Of a stretch of DNA of 32,000 bases, positions 17,229-25,600 are shown piece after piece. This DNA comes from Methylomusa anaerophila (GTDB taxonomy: Bacteria; Bacillota; Negativicutes; Sporomusales; Sporomusaceae): NCBI RefSeq assembly GCF_003966895.1, contig NZ_AP018449.1, forward strand, positions 37,424 through 69,423. The letters run 5' to 3'. Within the stretch, counting starts at the first letter, position 1, and each line of letters begins with the position of its first letter. The notes under the pieces are model-generated. The model ran no database searches. It saw nothing but the letters and a program-made list of their open reading frames with translations, and had not been told where the DNA came from. The translations under genes and the position numbers were made by a program.

Positions 17229-18028
17229 TGTTCCAATCCTTTTATTCTCTCTCGTCGGTGCCCTTTCGCAAAGAGCTTGAAACCAAACACTTCTTTTCCT
17301 CGCAAGGATTCTCCGAAGGCACGGCCAGACTGGAATATTTAAAGTCGACTCGCGGTATGGGCGTTGTGATTGGCGAGGCTGGCGCAGGAAAAACTTCGCT
17401 GATGAGAAATTTCGCTGCCTCGCTCAATCCTTCGTTGTTTAAGGCCATCTACTTTCCCTTGTCTACTGTCACCGTATCTGACTTTTACAGGGGGTTGACC
17501 GTAGGGTTAGGACAGGAGCCGAAGTTTCGCAAGGTCGACCTGTTTGCTCAAATCCAGCAGGCCACGCTTCATCTGTTTCACAACCAAAAGATGACACCGG
17601 TTTTCATTCTGGATGAGATGCAAATGGTCTCCAATCAGTTTTTAAACGACATTAGCTTGTTGTTCAATTTTGCGATGGATTCTGCCAATCCGTTTATACT
17701 GATTATGGTTGGCCTTCCTCATTTTATGGAACGGTTACGGTTAAGTCACAATCAGCCCCTGGCCCAACGGGTGGTGATGCGTTATCAGATGAATTCCCTT
17801 TCGAAAGATGAGGTCAGGCACTACATCCTGCATCAGCTTAAGTTGGCTGGCGCTCTTCATGATATTTTTTCTCCCCAGGCCATTGAGGCCATTACTTCAC
17901 GTTCTCGTGGGTTTCCTCGCTTGATTAACAATCTGGCAACCAATTGCTTGCTTTACGGCTGTGCCAAAAAACTTGAATTAATTGATGACGAGGCCGTTTT
18001 CGCAGTCGCTTCGGAATCCGGATTGTGA
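17228..18028 (+). CDS. AAA+ ATPase transposition helper (ExeA/TniB/TnsC-like)
   Basis: Walker A GEAGAGKTS and Walker B PVFILDEMQ. The ATG overlaps the transposase stop (GTGTGATG) and GGAGG lies 7 nt upstream. Confidence 0.88.
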   Translation: MFQSFYSLSSVPFRKELETKHFFSSQGFSEGTARLEYLKSTRGMGVVIGEAGAGKTSLMRNFAASLNPSLFKAIYFPLSTVTVSDFYRGLTVGLGQEPKFRKVDLFAQIQQATLHLFHNQKMTPVFILDEMQMVSNQFLNDISLLFNFAMDSANPFILIMVGLPHFMERLRLSHNQPLAQRVVMRYQMNSLSKDEVRHYILHQLKLAGALHDIFSPQAIEAITSRSRGFPRLINNLATNCLLYGCAKKLELIDDEAVFAVASESGL

Positions 18029-18045
18029 TTTTACTTCTCTATTTT

Positions 18046-18075
18046 CCCGCAACCACGTTGTTGCGGGCTTTTTTC
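18046..18075 (+). terminator. Rho-independent terminator of the transposon operon
   Basis: CCCGCAAC (18046..18053), loop CACGTT, GTTGCGGG (18060..18067), then CTTTTTTC. It lies 18 nt after the ATPase stop. Confidence 0.8.
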
Positions 18076-18201
18076 TGCGGATGAATGAATGGGCAAACTC
18101 ACGTTGTATCAATTTGCAAAACCGCTTTTTGCTCTGCTGCATGATTCCTCTTGGTTTGTAAATTAGACCAAATTTCCGGCTCTTTTATTCTGCTATATCA
18201 C

Positions 18202-18226
18202 GGATGATTTATTTTGCAAATTAACA
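18202..18226 (+). repeat. Right terminal inverted repeat
   Basis: GGATGATTTATTTTGCAAATTAACA, the reverse complement partner of 15143..15167 (19/25). Confidence 0.8.
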
Positions 18227-18232
18227 TCAAAT
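18227..18232. repeat. Target-site duplication, right copy (TCAAAT)
   Basis: See the left copy at 15137..15142. Confidence 0.85.
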
Positions 18233-19739
18233 CATAGGAAGTGCTTTTTTCCGGCTTCAAATTGATATTGGACGTCGTTATATCCGTCGTAGTGGTTTGA
18301 GAAGACCGATACAACTCATAGAATGAGGGGGTGCGAAACCCCTGGCCGACATTAAATTTCCAGGTCGCTTTCTCGTTGGCCTTATACACCATACCGATTC
18401 TGCCGCTGAAATTGCTTTCCTCCCTGTCGCCATACTGGCTGAAAACCGGAGGGGAGGCGGAAGTTCGCCGGAAGCTGTTCCAACCGCCGGTGGTTTCCCA
18501 TCTAACATATCTGCCGCCGATAAAGGTGGTGAATTTATCATTGAATTTGTGCTCGTCCTGGAAATAGAAGGAATCACTCCTGGTTTTGCCGCCGGATTTC
18601 CGGTCTATCTGGTCTTCAGGCTTAACGAAACTCCAGGTGTGTTCCGGATAAAATCTCCTCAATTCCCGTTCATCATACGCCGTCCCTTGTTCGCTGCGCA
18701 GGGAATACCCCAGGGTAAGCAAATTCTTCCGGTCCACTTGCCAGTTCACATGCATATCCCCGTCAGTGGTTTCAAAATAATTTAACTGATGCATGAGATT
18801 TTGCGTCTGGACGGTGCCGCTCCAACCGCTGTAATACCAGTTGTCGGTCTTTTTCTCGCCCCAGGTGATTTGATAATCCACCTTGTCATTTACTTTTCTC
18901 TGATAATCCAGATTAAGGCCTTTGCTCACTTTGTCGGCCTGATCCGTTCCCAGTTCGTATTTATACGAACTATTGCCCCTGTAGCTGTTGACAGACAGCT
19001 TACTATCCTTATCCCAGCGGTAGATCAGTTTGCCGCTGTAATGCTCCTGCCCGCCGCTTTGGTGACCGCGATAATTGGTTTTATCGTCGGGATAAGCGGT
19101 GATAAAACCATCGGAATCAATTTTGGAGTAATCAAAATAATAATCGAGTTTTCCCACCGAGCCGCTGTGGCCGAAGGTCACTTTTCCCGTCCCCTGCGTC
19201 CCGCTCCCCAGCTTCACCACCGTTTCATTGGCGGCCTTGCTTTTGGTAATGATGTTGATGACTCCCGCCTGGGCGCCGGAGCCGAATAATGATGATCCCG
19301 GTCCTTTCACTACTTCGATTCGCTCAATATTCTCTATCGGAATTTGGCTCCAGGTAATCTGACCGTTATAACCGTCATTTTGACTTTGACCATCCACCAG
19401 AACCAAAATGCCCTTAAATTTAAACCCCCGCATAATGACGGTGGGCTCGCTGCTGCTTAGCCCGGTATTGCGCTTGATCATAATGCCGCTGATCCCTTTT
19501 AAGGCATCATCCAAATTTTGCACATTCTTTTTTTCCAGGTCTTCTTTGGTAATTACCTCAACCACCACCGGCACATCTTTTATTTTCTTCTCTGTCCTGG
19601 TTGCCGTAACCACCACTTGATCCAGCTGAAAACCGGGAGCATCCTCCTCTACTTCTTCACCGTAAGCCACCCCCAGGGAAGATAATATTATTCCTGTCGT
19701 CAGAGCTAATACCCAGCCTTTTTTATGGGACGTTTTCAC
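18227..19739 (-). pseudogene. TonB-dependent receptor, N-terminal fragment (504 native codons) truncated by the transposon
   Basis: GTG 19739 has GGAGGAG 7 nt upstream. Signal peptide, then DQVVVTATRTEKKIKDVPVVVEVITKEDLEKKNV and IEVVKGPGSSLFGSGAQAGVINIITK. The ORF-track product ends ...NLKPEKSTSYDL followed by 9 element-encoded residues (MLICKINHP) and a stop inside the right IR (18198). Confidence 0.9.
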
Positions 19740-19773
19740 AACTCTACTCCTCCAAATTTTATTGCTTCATTCC

Positions 19774-19837
19774 TTACTACCCTTACTACCTTACTGCACT
19801 GCATTACTGCATCACTGTACTACCTTACTGCTTTACT
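19774..19837. repeat. Cluster of six TTACT pentamers including a 14-nt direct repeat
   Basis: TTACT occurs at 19774, 19783, 19791, 19804, 19825 and 19833. TACTACCTTACTGC occurs at 19784..19797 and 19818..19831. The cluster spans the CobN stop codon and the 85-bp gap before the receptor start. Confidence 0.7.
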
Positions 19838-22800
19838 CCGGCATGTATTTTTTGTCTGACGCCCTGCATTTTTTGCGCCCACTCTTTTACATCATCCATG
19901 TTCAGCATATCGACGGACCCGCCCTGGAATTCGCCGTCGATATCGCCGATGCGTTCTTCCAGCCAGCCTTCGATCTCCATATAGGTCTCCTGCAGTTCTT
20001 GCAGCACCTGGGGATCGGCCTGCCATAAACCCCGCTTCTCGGCTTCCAGCATGCGGCGGCTGATGTCCTCCAGCGCCCAGGGGTTGTTCTCTTCGAAGAA
20101 TTGCCTGTTTTCCTCGTTCAGCACAAAGGTTCGGACAATGTCGTCAAAGATCCAGTCATCCACTTCCTGGGTGGTTGCCTCCCAGCCATAGACCCGGCCA
20201 ACGCGTTTGGCTATATCACCGGCGCCTTTGTAGCCATGCCGTTTCATGCCTTCAATCCATTTCGGGTTAAGCACCTTGGTGCGCACTACCCGGCGAATCT
20301 CGTCAGCCAAATCAACAACCTGAGGCAATTGCGGGTCGCGGGTGTCGCCATAGTACGTTTTGGCCTTCCGGCCGGATATCACATTGGCCGCCAGCGTCAT
20401 GCCGCCCTGATAGCTGTAGTAGCAGCAACAGCCCAACAGGTCATGCTCATCGGTCGGATTGTTGCGGAAGGTGACGTTCAGCGTCTGGAGTTGGTTGACC
20501 AGTTGATCGGCGGCCTCGGCGCCCTGACTGTCCATCCCTTCGCCATAGGCAAAGCTGTTCCAGTACACATACACCTCGGCCAGGTCCTTTTCATCCTTCC
20601 AGGCGCTGGCATAGACCGCCAGATTAACACCTGAACCATACGTACCCGGCCGTGTGCCGAAAATCCGGAAGGTGGCCTGCCGCCAAAGCTCGGCTTCAGC
20701 GGCTGCGGTTTTTTCCAGTTTTAGCTTCTCCATGTTTTCCAGCGTATGCTTTTTGACATAATTGTGCTCGCTTGGCTCGTCAAGAGCGGCCAGCTCTTTT
20801 ACCGCCCGGTCAATGATTTCCACAATCATCGGGAAGCAATCGCGCACCAGGCCGCTGATATGTAAGGTTACGTCAATACGGGGGCGGTTTAGTTCCGCCA
20901 GTGGTATGATCCGGTAACCTTTAATGCGCCCATTTGGCTCCCATTCCGGTTCCACACCAAGCAAGTAAAGGATCTGAGAGGTTTGCTCCCCGTTCGTCCA
21001 CATCATATCCGTGCAGGAAAGGACAATGCCGCAGTTTTCCGGCAGGCAGCCTTCCTCGCTTTCGTACTTCTCCAGCATGCGGGCGGCCAAAACCCGCCCC
21101 ACCCGCCAGGCGGCCTTGGTCGGTATGGTAAAGGGGTCCATGCTGTAGAAATTCCGTCCGGTAGGCAGTACATCAGGACGGCCCCGGGTCGGACAGCCGG
21201 AAGGACCGCTGGCGATATACCCGCCTTCCAGGCCATGCAGTAAACTGTCCATTTCCCGGCTGCAGCCGGCGATTTTTTCTCTGAGGCTGTCAATTATTTG
21301 TTTAAACCCGGCAAATACCTCTAAAACTCCGGCATTCCTAACACGCTCGCCCAGCAGTTCACAGGCAACTTCTTCGCCGCTCAGTGTCTCCCCGTTCAGG
21401 AACAATTCCACCGCTTTTTGGGACAACAGATAGGCTTCCTGCAACAGTTCCCCATTGCTGACGGCATAGCCTGGCGGATATTCGCCGGGATTGGCTTTGA
21501 GCTCCAGATAATTCAGTCCTTGTAATGCCAGGATAACGCCGCGCAGCGACTGGGTTTCATCGCCGGCATATTTCAACATGGAGGCAATGAATTCTACCAA
21601 TTCATCGCCTGCCGGCGCCTGCCCGAAAATATGCATGCCGTCGGCAATGGAAGTATCGCGGATACGGGTCAGCGCCTCATGGGCTTTTTTTACAACCGCC
21701 GGGAAATTCTCGGCCATGTATTTGGGGTCGTGCAGCGTTGCCGGCGGAATGTGCATCTCCTGGTGCAGGTTGGCTTTTTCTATCGCCTCGACAATCAAGT
21801 GTTCCAGGGAATGAGCCCGCGCCGGGTCATTTCCCCGGGCCGTTCCATACTCCCCTAACAGCTGCTCAAGTTCCTGGAGTTCATCATAAGTGCCGCTGTG
21901 GGTCATAACCGGCAGCAGATAATCAATAAGCACCGCTGCCGCCCGCCGTTTGGCTATCGTCCCTTCCGAAGGATTGTCCACGCTGTACAGATATAGATGC
22001 GGCATTTCGCCCAGAGTCAGGTCCGGATAACATTCCCGGGACAACGCCAGGGATTTTCCCGGCAGGAACTCCAGGTTGCCATGTGTGCCGACACTGATTA
22101 ACAGGTCGGCGCCCCAAACCTTTTGCCAATACCAGTAGCTGGCGACATATTGATGAGTAGGCGGGCACTCCGGGTCATGGAGGATTTTACACACCTGACC
22201 GTCACATTTTGGTCCGTAGCAGCCCCGTTTGGGCTGCACAACAACCAGTGCATTGCCGTATTCCACCCCGGTCAGCACCAGTTTGTCCTGATAGACCATG
22301 GATTGTCCGGGAGGTTCGCCCCAGGTTTCAGTCATTTTTTGGCGGACATTTTCCGGAAACTGCCGCCACCATTCCCGGTACTGTTCGGTCGGGAAAAGGG
22401 TTAGCGCCCCTTTTTTCTCCACAATCTCCTCCACCGGCGTCCAGCGGAAGTCCGATATGGCTTTTCTGCCCATTATGGTTTCAATGAGTTCTTTGCCTGT
22501 GGCCGGCATATTGTCAATGCTGTAGCCCTGCTCCTTCATAACCGCCATAATCCGGGCCACGCTTTCCAGGGAATCCAGATGCGAGGCCCCGCCGACACTA
22601 AGCTCGGTACCGGCGCAGGGATTGTTGTTGAACAGGAAGACAACCCGCCGGTCCTGGGGCAGCTTGCTTCTGAGCGCCACCCAGCGTGTCAGCCGGGCGG
22701 CGGCTTTCTCAATTCTTTCGGCGAGCGGAACAAATTTCTCCACCGTGATGCCGGTAGTCTCGTCCCGGGGAGTCTCATAGCTGGCCAGGATAATCGGTTC

Positions 22801-23751
22801 AATCATGCCGTAAAACTCAGGCATGGCCACATACCAGATGGCCGATGACCCCAGACCATGGGGGTTTTTCTCCCATTCCTCCCGGCTGATGTGATAAGGC
22901 AGGAAACCTTGGATGACGGGAACATCCAGCTTTTGAAACAGCGCAACCACCTGGTTGGTCTCCCGGTCGTCCCAGTCCTCGGTCCCTTCGGTGAAGCGGG
23001 ACGCCTGGATATTAAAGAACAAATCGATGACCGGTTGGCCGTCGCGAAAAAAGTAGTGATTAACGATTTGTTCATTAGTCCAGCTGTCAGAGGTGACCTT
23101 GTCATGGGCCTGATAAGAGAATACCGGCAGCAGATCCATCCCCTTCCTGCCAAAAGTTTCGATCAGGGCGTCAATGACTTCCACATTGCGGTTCATCCAT
23201 AATTGCCGGTTAAATAACAAGCCTATTTTCTTGTTATCCGCAGACCAGCGTCCTTCACGCCGCGCCCAGGGAATATACTCCTCCATGGTGCTGAAACACT
23301 TAAGTCCGCGGCCGTAGATCCCCTGCCACAACTGTGCCCGGGGTTGCCCGTAATCCACATTGATGCCGGCCAGTTCCTTGGCAACGTAGGAAAACAGTCC
23401 AACCATGTTTTCCACACCTTCCAGGTCCATGTACTGCTGGATCCGGGCCACATGCTCGCCGGCAATGCTTGACAGCAGGAAATAGGCCGGTTCCTTGCCC
23501 CAGCAAGCCACCTGCTTTTTTCCCCGCAGTGCTTCAATCACAGGTACGAGACTATGCCAGTGCTCATTGTCCTGCGGCTGCAGAAGAATGATATCGGCCT
23601 CCTCTTCCATATAGCGCACAAACCGGCTGCGTTTGCCCTCATTCTCCAAATCCTTGACGGCGCAAACGTGAAGATCCAAAAAGCCCAGCAGTTTTTTGGC
23701 CTCCACAATATTGAGCAGCCTGGTTCCCCACGTCAGAAACGCGATTCTCAT
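19825..23751 (-). CDS. cobN: CobN-family chelatase large subunit, intact (1308 aa)
   Basis: Full-length CobN/BchH-family architecture with conserved blocks NNNPCAGTELSVGGASHLDSLESV, GTHGNLEFLPGK, PTGRNFYSMDP and WIEGMKRHGYKGAGD. Start at ATG 23751 (AGGAGGG 8 nt upstream) rather than the ORF-track 23769. Confidence 0.93.
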   Translation of the reverse strand: MRIAFLTWGTRLLNIVEAKKLLGFLDLHVCAVKDLENEGKRSRFVRYMEEEADIILLQPQDNEHWHSLVPVIEALRGKKQVACWGKEPAYFLLSSIAGEHVARIQQYMDLEGVENMVGLFSYVAKELAGINVDYGQPRAQLWQGIYGRGLKCFSTMEEYIPWARREGRWSADNKKIGLLFNRQLWMNRNVEVIDALIETFGRKGMDLLPVFSYQAHDKVTSDSWTNEQIVNHYFFRDGQPVIDLFFNIQASRFTEGTEDWDDRETNQVVALFQKLDVPVIQGFLPYHISREEWEKNPHGLGSSAIWYVAMPEFYGMIEPIILASYETPRDETTGITVEKFVPLAERIEKAAARLTRWVALRSKLPQDRRVVFLFNNNPCAGTELSVGGASHLDSLESVARIMAVMKEQGYSIDNMPATGKELIETIMGRKAISDFRWTPVEEIVEKKGALTLFPTEQYREWWRQFPENVRQKMTETWGEPPGQSMVYQDKLVLTGVEYGNALVVVQPKRGCYGPKCDGQVCKILHDPECPPTHQYVASYWYWQKVWGADLLISVGTHGNLEFLPGKSLALSRECYPDLTLGEMPHLYLYSVDNPSEGTIAKRRAAAVLIDYLLPVMTHSGTYDELQELEQLLGEYGTARGNDPARAHSLEHLIVEAIEKANLHQEMHIPPATLHDPKYMAENFPAVVKKAHEALTRIRDTSIADGMHIFGQAPAGDELVEFIASMLKYAGDETQSLRGVILALQGLNYLELKANPGEYPPGYAVSNGELLQEAYLLSQKAVELFLNGETLSGEEVACELLGERVRNAGVLEVFAGFKQIIDSLREKIAGCSREMDSLLHGLEGGYIASGPSGCPTRGRPDVLPTGRNFYSMDPFTIPTKAAWRVGRVLAARMLEKYESEEGCLPENCGIVLSCTDMMWTNGEQTSQILYLLGVEPEWEPNGRIKGYRIIPLAELNRPRIDVTLHISGLVRDCFPMIVEIIDRAVKELAALDEPSEHNYVKKHTLENMEKLKLEKTAAAEAELWRQATFRIFGTRPGTYGSGVNLAVYASAWKDEKDLAEVYVYWNSFAYGEGMDSQGAEAADQLVNQLQTLNVTFRNNPTDEHDLLGCCCYYSYQGGMTLAANVISGRKAKTYYGDTRDPQLPQVVDLADEIRRVVRTKVLNPKWIEGMKRHGYKGAGDIAKRVGRVYGWEATTQEVDDWIFDDIVRTFVLNEENRQFFEENNPWALEDISRRMLEAEKRGLWQADPQVLQELQETYMEIEGWLEERIGDIDGEFQGGSVDMLNMDDVKEWAQKMQGVRQKIHAGVKQ

Positions 23752-23865
23752 TGTTGTTACCCTCCTCATCTATTCATAAGTCAGGCACCGTCCTTCAGAA
23801 TGCTTCACGACGGCTGTTCTCTCATTCTGAATCCCGGCTCCTGGCTTTCGGCCCCTTATGTTTTT

Positions 23866-25551
23866 TCACTGCAAAATGTGCAACCGGTGTTCCCCCGTCA
23901 GCGTCCCGTCTTCCCGGCGCAGCGGCGACTCGCTGCCGGCGATCGTCGTGCCGTCCGCGGCAATATTGCCGCAGATCGCAACCCCGCCGGTAGGATAAAA
24001 CCATACCAGCTTATCCGGACCGGCAGCCTGCAGATCTAGGCAGTAAAGTCCGGAACGCTCCTTTTTCCGGGCCACATAATTATGATATATGCCGGCGACC
24101 ATATAGCGGCTGTCGGCGGAAAAACGCGCTTTTCCCAAACCGCCCTCCGTTTGCCACTTCCAGAGAATATTGCCTGAGCGATCATAAGCAAATAGGGTGG
24201 TGGCGTCAGGATGAGTGAAAGATGGCGCTAAAGCAAAGCTCTTATCCGCCATATAAGTTGCCGTTGTCATAAAATAGACCGTACCGTCGTCCCTGACCCG
24301 CGCCACATTGCCGGACGCATACACCGGGACGCCGCTGACCTGGATAATCTTGCTGACCTGATACAACCATACCGGCTTGATGTTGCCGTTCTTTTTGTTA
24401 AGATCAACCTCCGACAAATCAAATAACATGCCCCGGTTGTCGCCGATGAACACGGCTGCATACTTCCCGTTGGGCGACATATTAATGCCTTCATTAATTC
24501 CGACCCATTTGAAGGTAGGCCGGGCCGGCCGCAATGTATAAGCAGCAGCCAGTTCTCCCGTTTTCCCGTTTATGAGCCTGATCACGCCGTCCGGATACTG
24601 CTGGGTGTCAATCGAACCCGGATTAGCATGAATGTAGTTGGCAAAAAGCACTTTCTGCCCATCGGCGGAAACTGAGATCCTGGATATAGTTGTATCCATC
24701 ACCCCGGCTGCCGGATACCGCCAAAGGGTATTGCCGGTAGAGGTGTCAAACGCCATCATAATGCTCTGGGTCGGGTTGGTTACAACCACTTTTTCACCGG
24801 CTTTTTCCACCACCCGCTGCACATACTCGCTGCCGGCCACAATCATGTTGCCGCTGACGGCGAGATTTCTCACCTTGGGCCGGTTGCTGGGATTCCGGTT
24901 TGTCCCTTGTCCAATGATAGGAGAAAAAGAGTACTTCCATAATAAATTTCCCGATAACGTTTCAAAAGCGTAGAGATTGGCGTCGGCGCTGGCCTCGCCT
25001 ATGAACAGTGTCTTACCGTCGTCGGCAAAGACCGCACTGATGGGCGTACCGTTGGGAACGCCGTAATCCCAGAGCTTCTTGCCGGTCCGGTTGTAAACAT
25101 ACACCCGGTTATCATAAGAGGCCAGCGCAATATATTTCCCGTCCGGCGCTACGGCTGCGTCGTCAAATACTGTCGAACCCGATTCATTAATGGTCGGAAA
25201 CTCCTCAAACTCATCGAGCCTGGCCACACCGCCGACCAATATTCCGGGCCGGGCCGGCGCCGCATCCGACCAGGATTTCCCCGCCATTTTCACTTCATAT
25301 CTGGCGCCGGTCCGCCAATTCCCGCCAAAGAGGACGGTACGCTCCCCCAATACTTTTCCTTTATCAGGCTGCACATCGCCATTAATACTCAATTGAATGT
25401 CCGCCGCCGCTACTGTCTTGTCGGCAGTTACCGCCAGGCCGTTTTTGGTGAAGACGGCCTGCAGCCCGCCCGGCAAACCTTGGTCCTTGTCACTGCAGCC
25501 TGCCGTTACTAACATCAGCGCCAATAGCAAGCCGCATATCCATAACCGCAT
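23866..25551 (-). CDS. Lipoprotein with PQQ-like beta-propeller repeats, paralogue 2
   Basis: Lipobox LVTAGC. Repeats NRVYVYNRTGKKLWDY and ANLYAFETLSGNLLWKY. Ends GEHRLHILQ like paralogue 1. AGGAGGAGG lies 5 nt upstream of ATG 25551. Confidence 0.88.
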   Translation of the reverse strand: MRLWICGLLLALMLVTAGCSDKDQGLPGGLQAVFTKNGLAVTADKTVAAADIQLSINGDVQPDKGKVLGERTVLFGGNWRTGARYEVKMAGKSWSDAAPARPGILVGGVARLDEFEEFPTINESGSTVFDDAAVAPDGKYIALASYDNRVYVYNRTGKKLWDYGVPNGTPISAVFADDGKTLFIGEASADANLYAFETLSGNLLWKYSFSPIIGQGTNRNPSNRPKVRNLAVSGNMIVAGSEYVQRVVEKAGEKVVVTNPTQSIMMAFDTSTGNTLWRYPAAGVMDTTISRISVSADGQKVLFANYIHANPGSIDTQQYPDGVIRLINGKTGELAAAYTLRPARPTFKWVGINEGINMSPNGKYAAVFIGDNRGMLFDLSEVDLNKKNGNIKPVWLYQVSKIIQVSGVPVYASGNVARVRDDGTVYFMTTATYMADKSFALAPSFTHPDATTLFAYDRSGNILWKWQTEGGLGKARFSADSRYMVAGIYHNYVARKKERSGLYCLDLQAAGPDKLVWFYPTGGVAICGNIAADGTTIAGSESPLRREDGTLTGEHRLHILQ

Positions 25552-25600
25552 AGCATCCTCCTCCTGCCGGCGATTGCACCGCCCTTCGTCGCTGCTGCCG

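Larger units (their letters stand above)
15143..18226 (+). mobile_element. 3,084-bp transposon of the Mu/Tn552/Tn7 DDE superfamily (zinc-ribbon protein, DDE transposase, AAA+ ATPase)
   Basis: Termini are 5'-TGT...ACA-3' with 25-bp imperfect inverted repeats (19/25 identical) and a 6-bp TSD. It carries three plus-strand genes opposite to all surrounding genes and interrupts a receptor ORF. Confidence 0.9.

Noticed and set aside
23788-23829. Two mutually exclusive hairpins (CAGAATG/CATTCTG at 23796..23829 and CCGTC/GACGG at 23788..23813) between the lipoprotein and CobN genes
   Set aside because: The stems are short (7 and 5 bp). There is no U-run, no second copy elsewhere and no associated promoter. 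The evidence is too weak to propose a switch.
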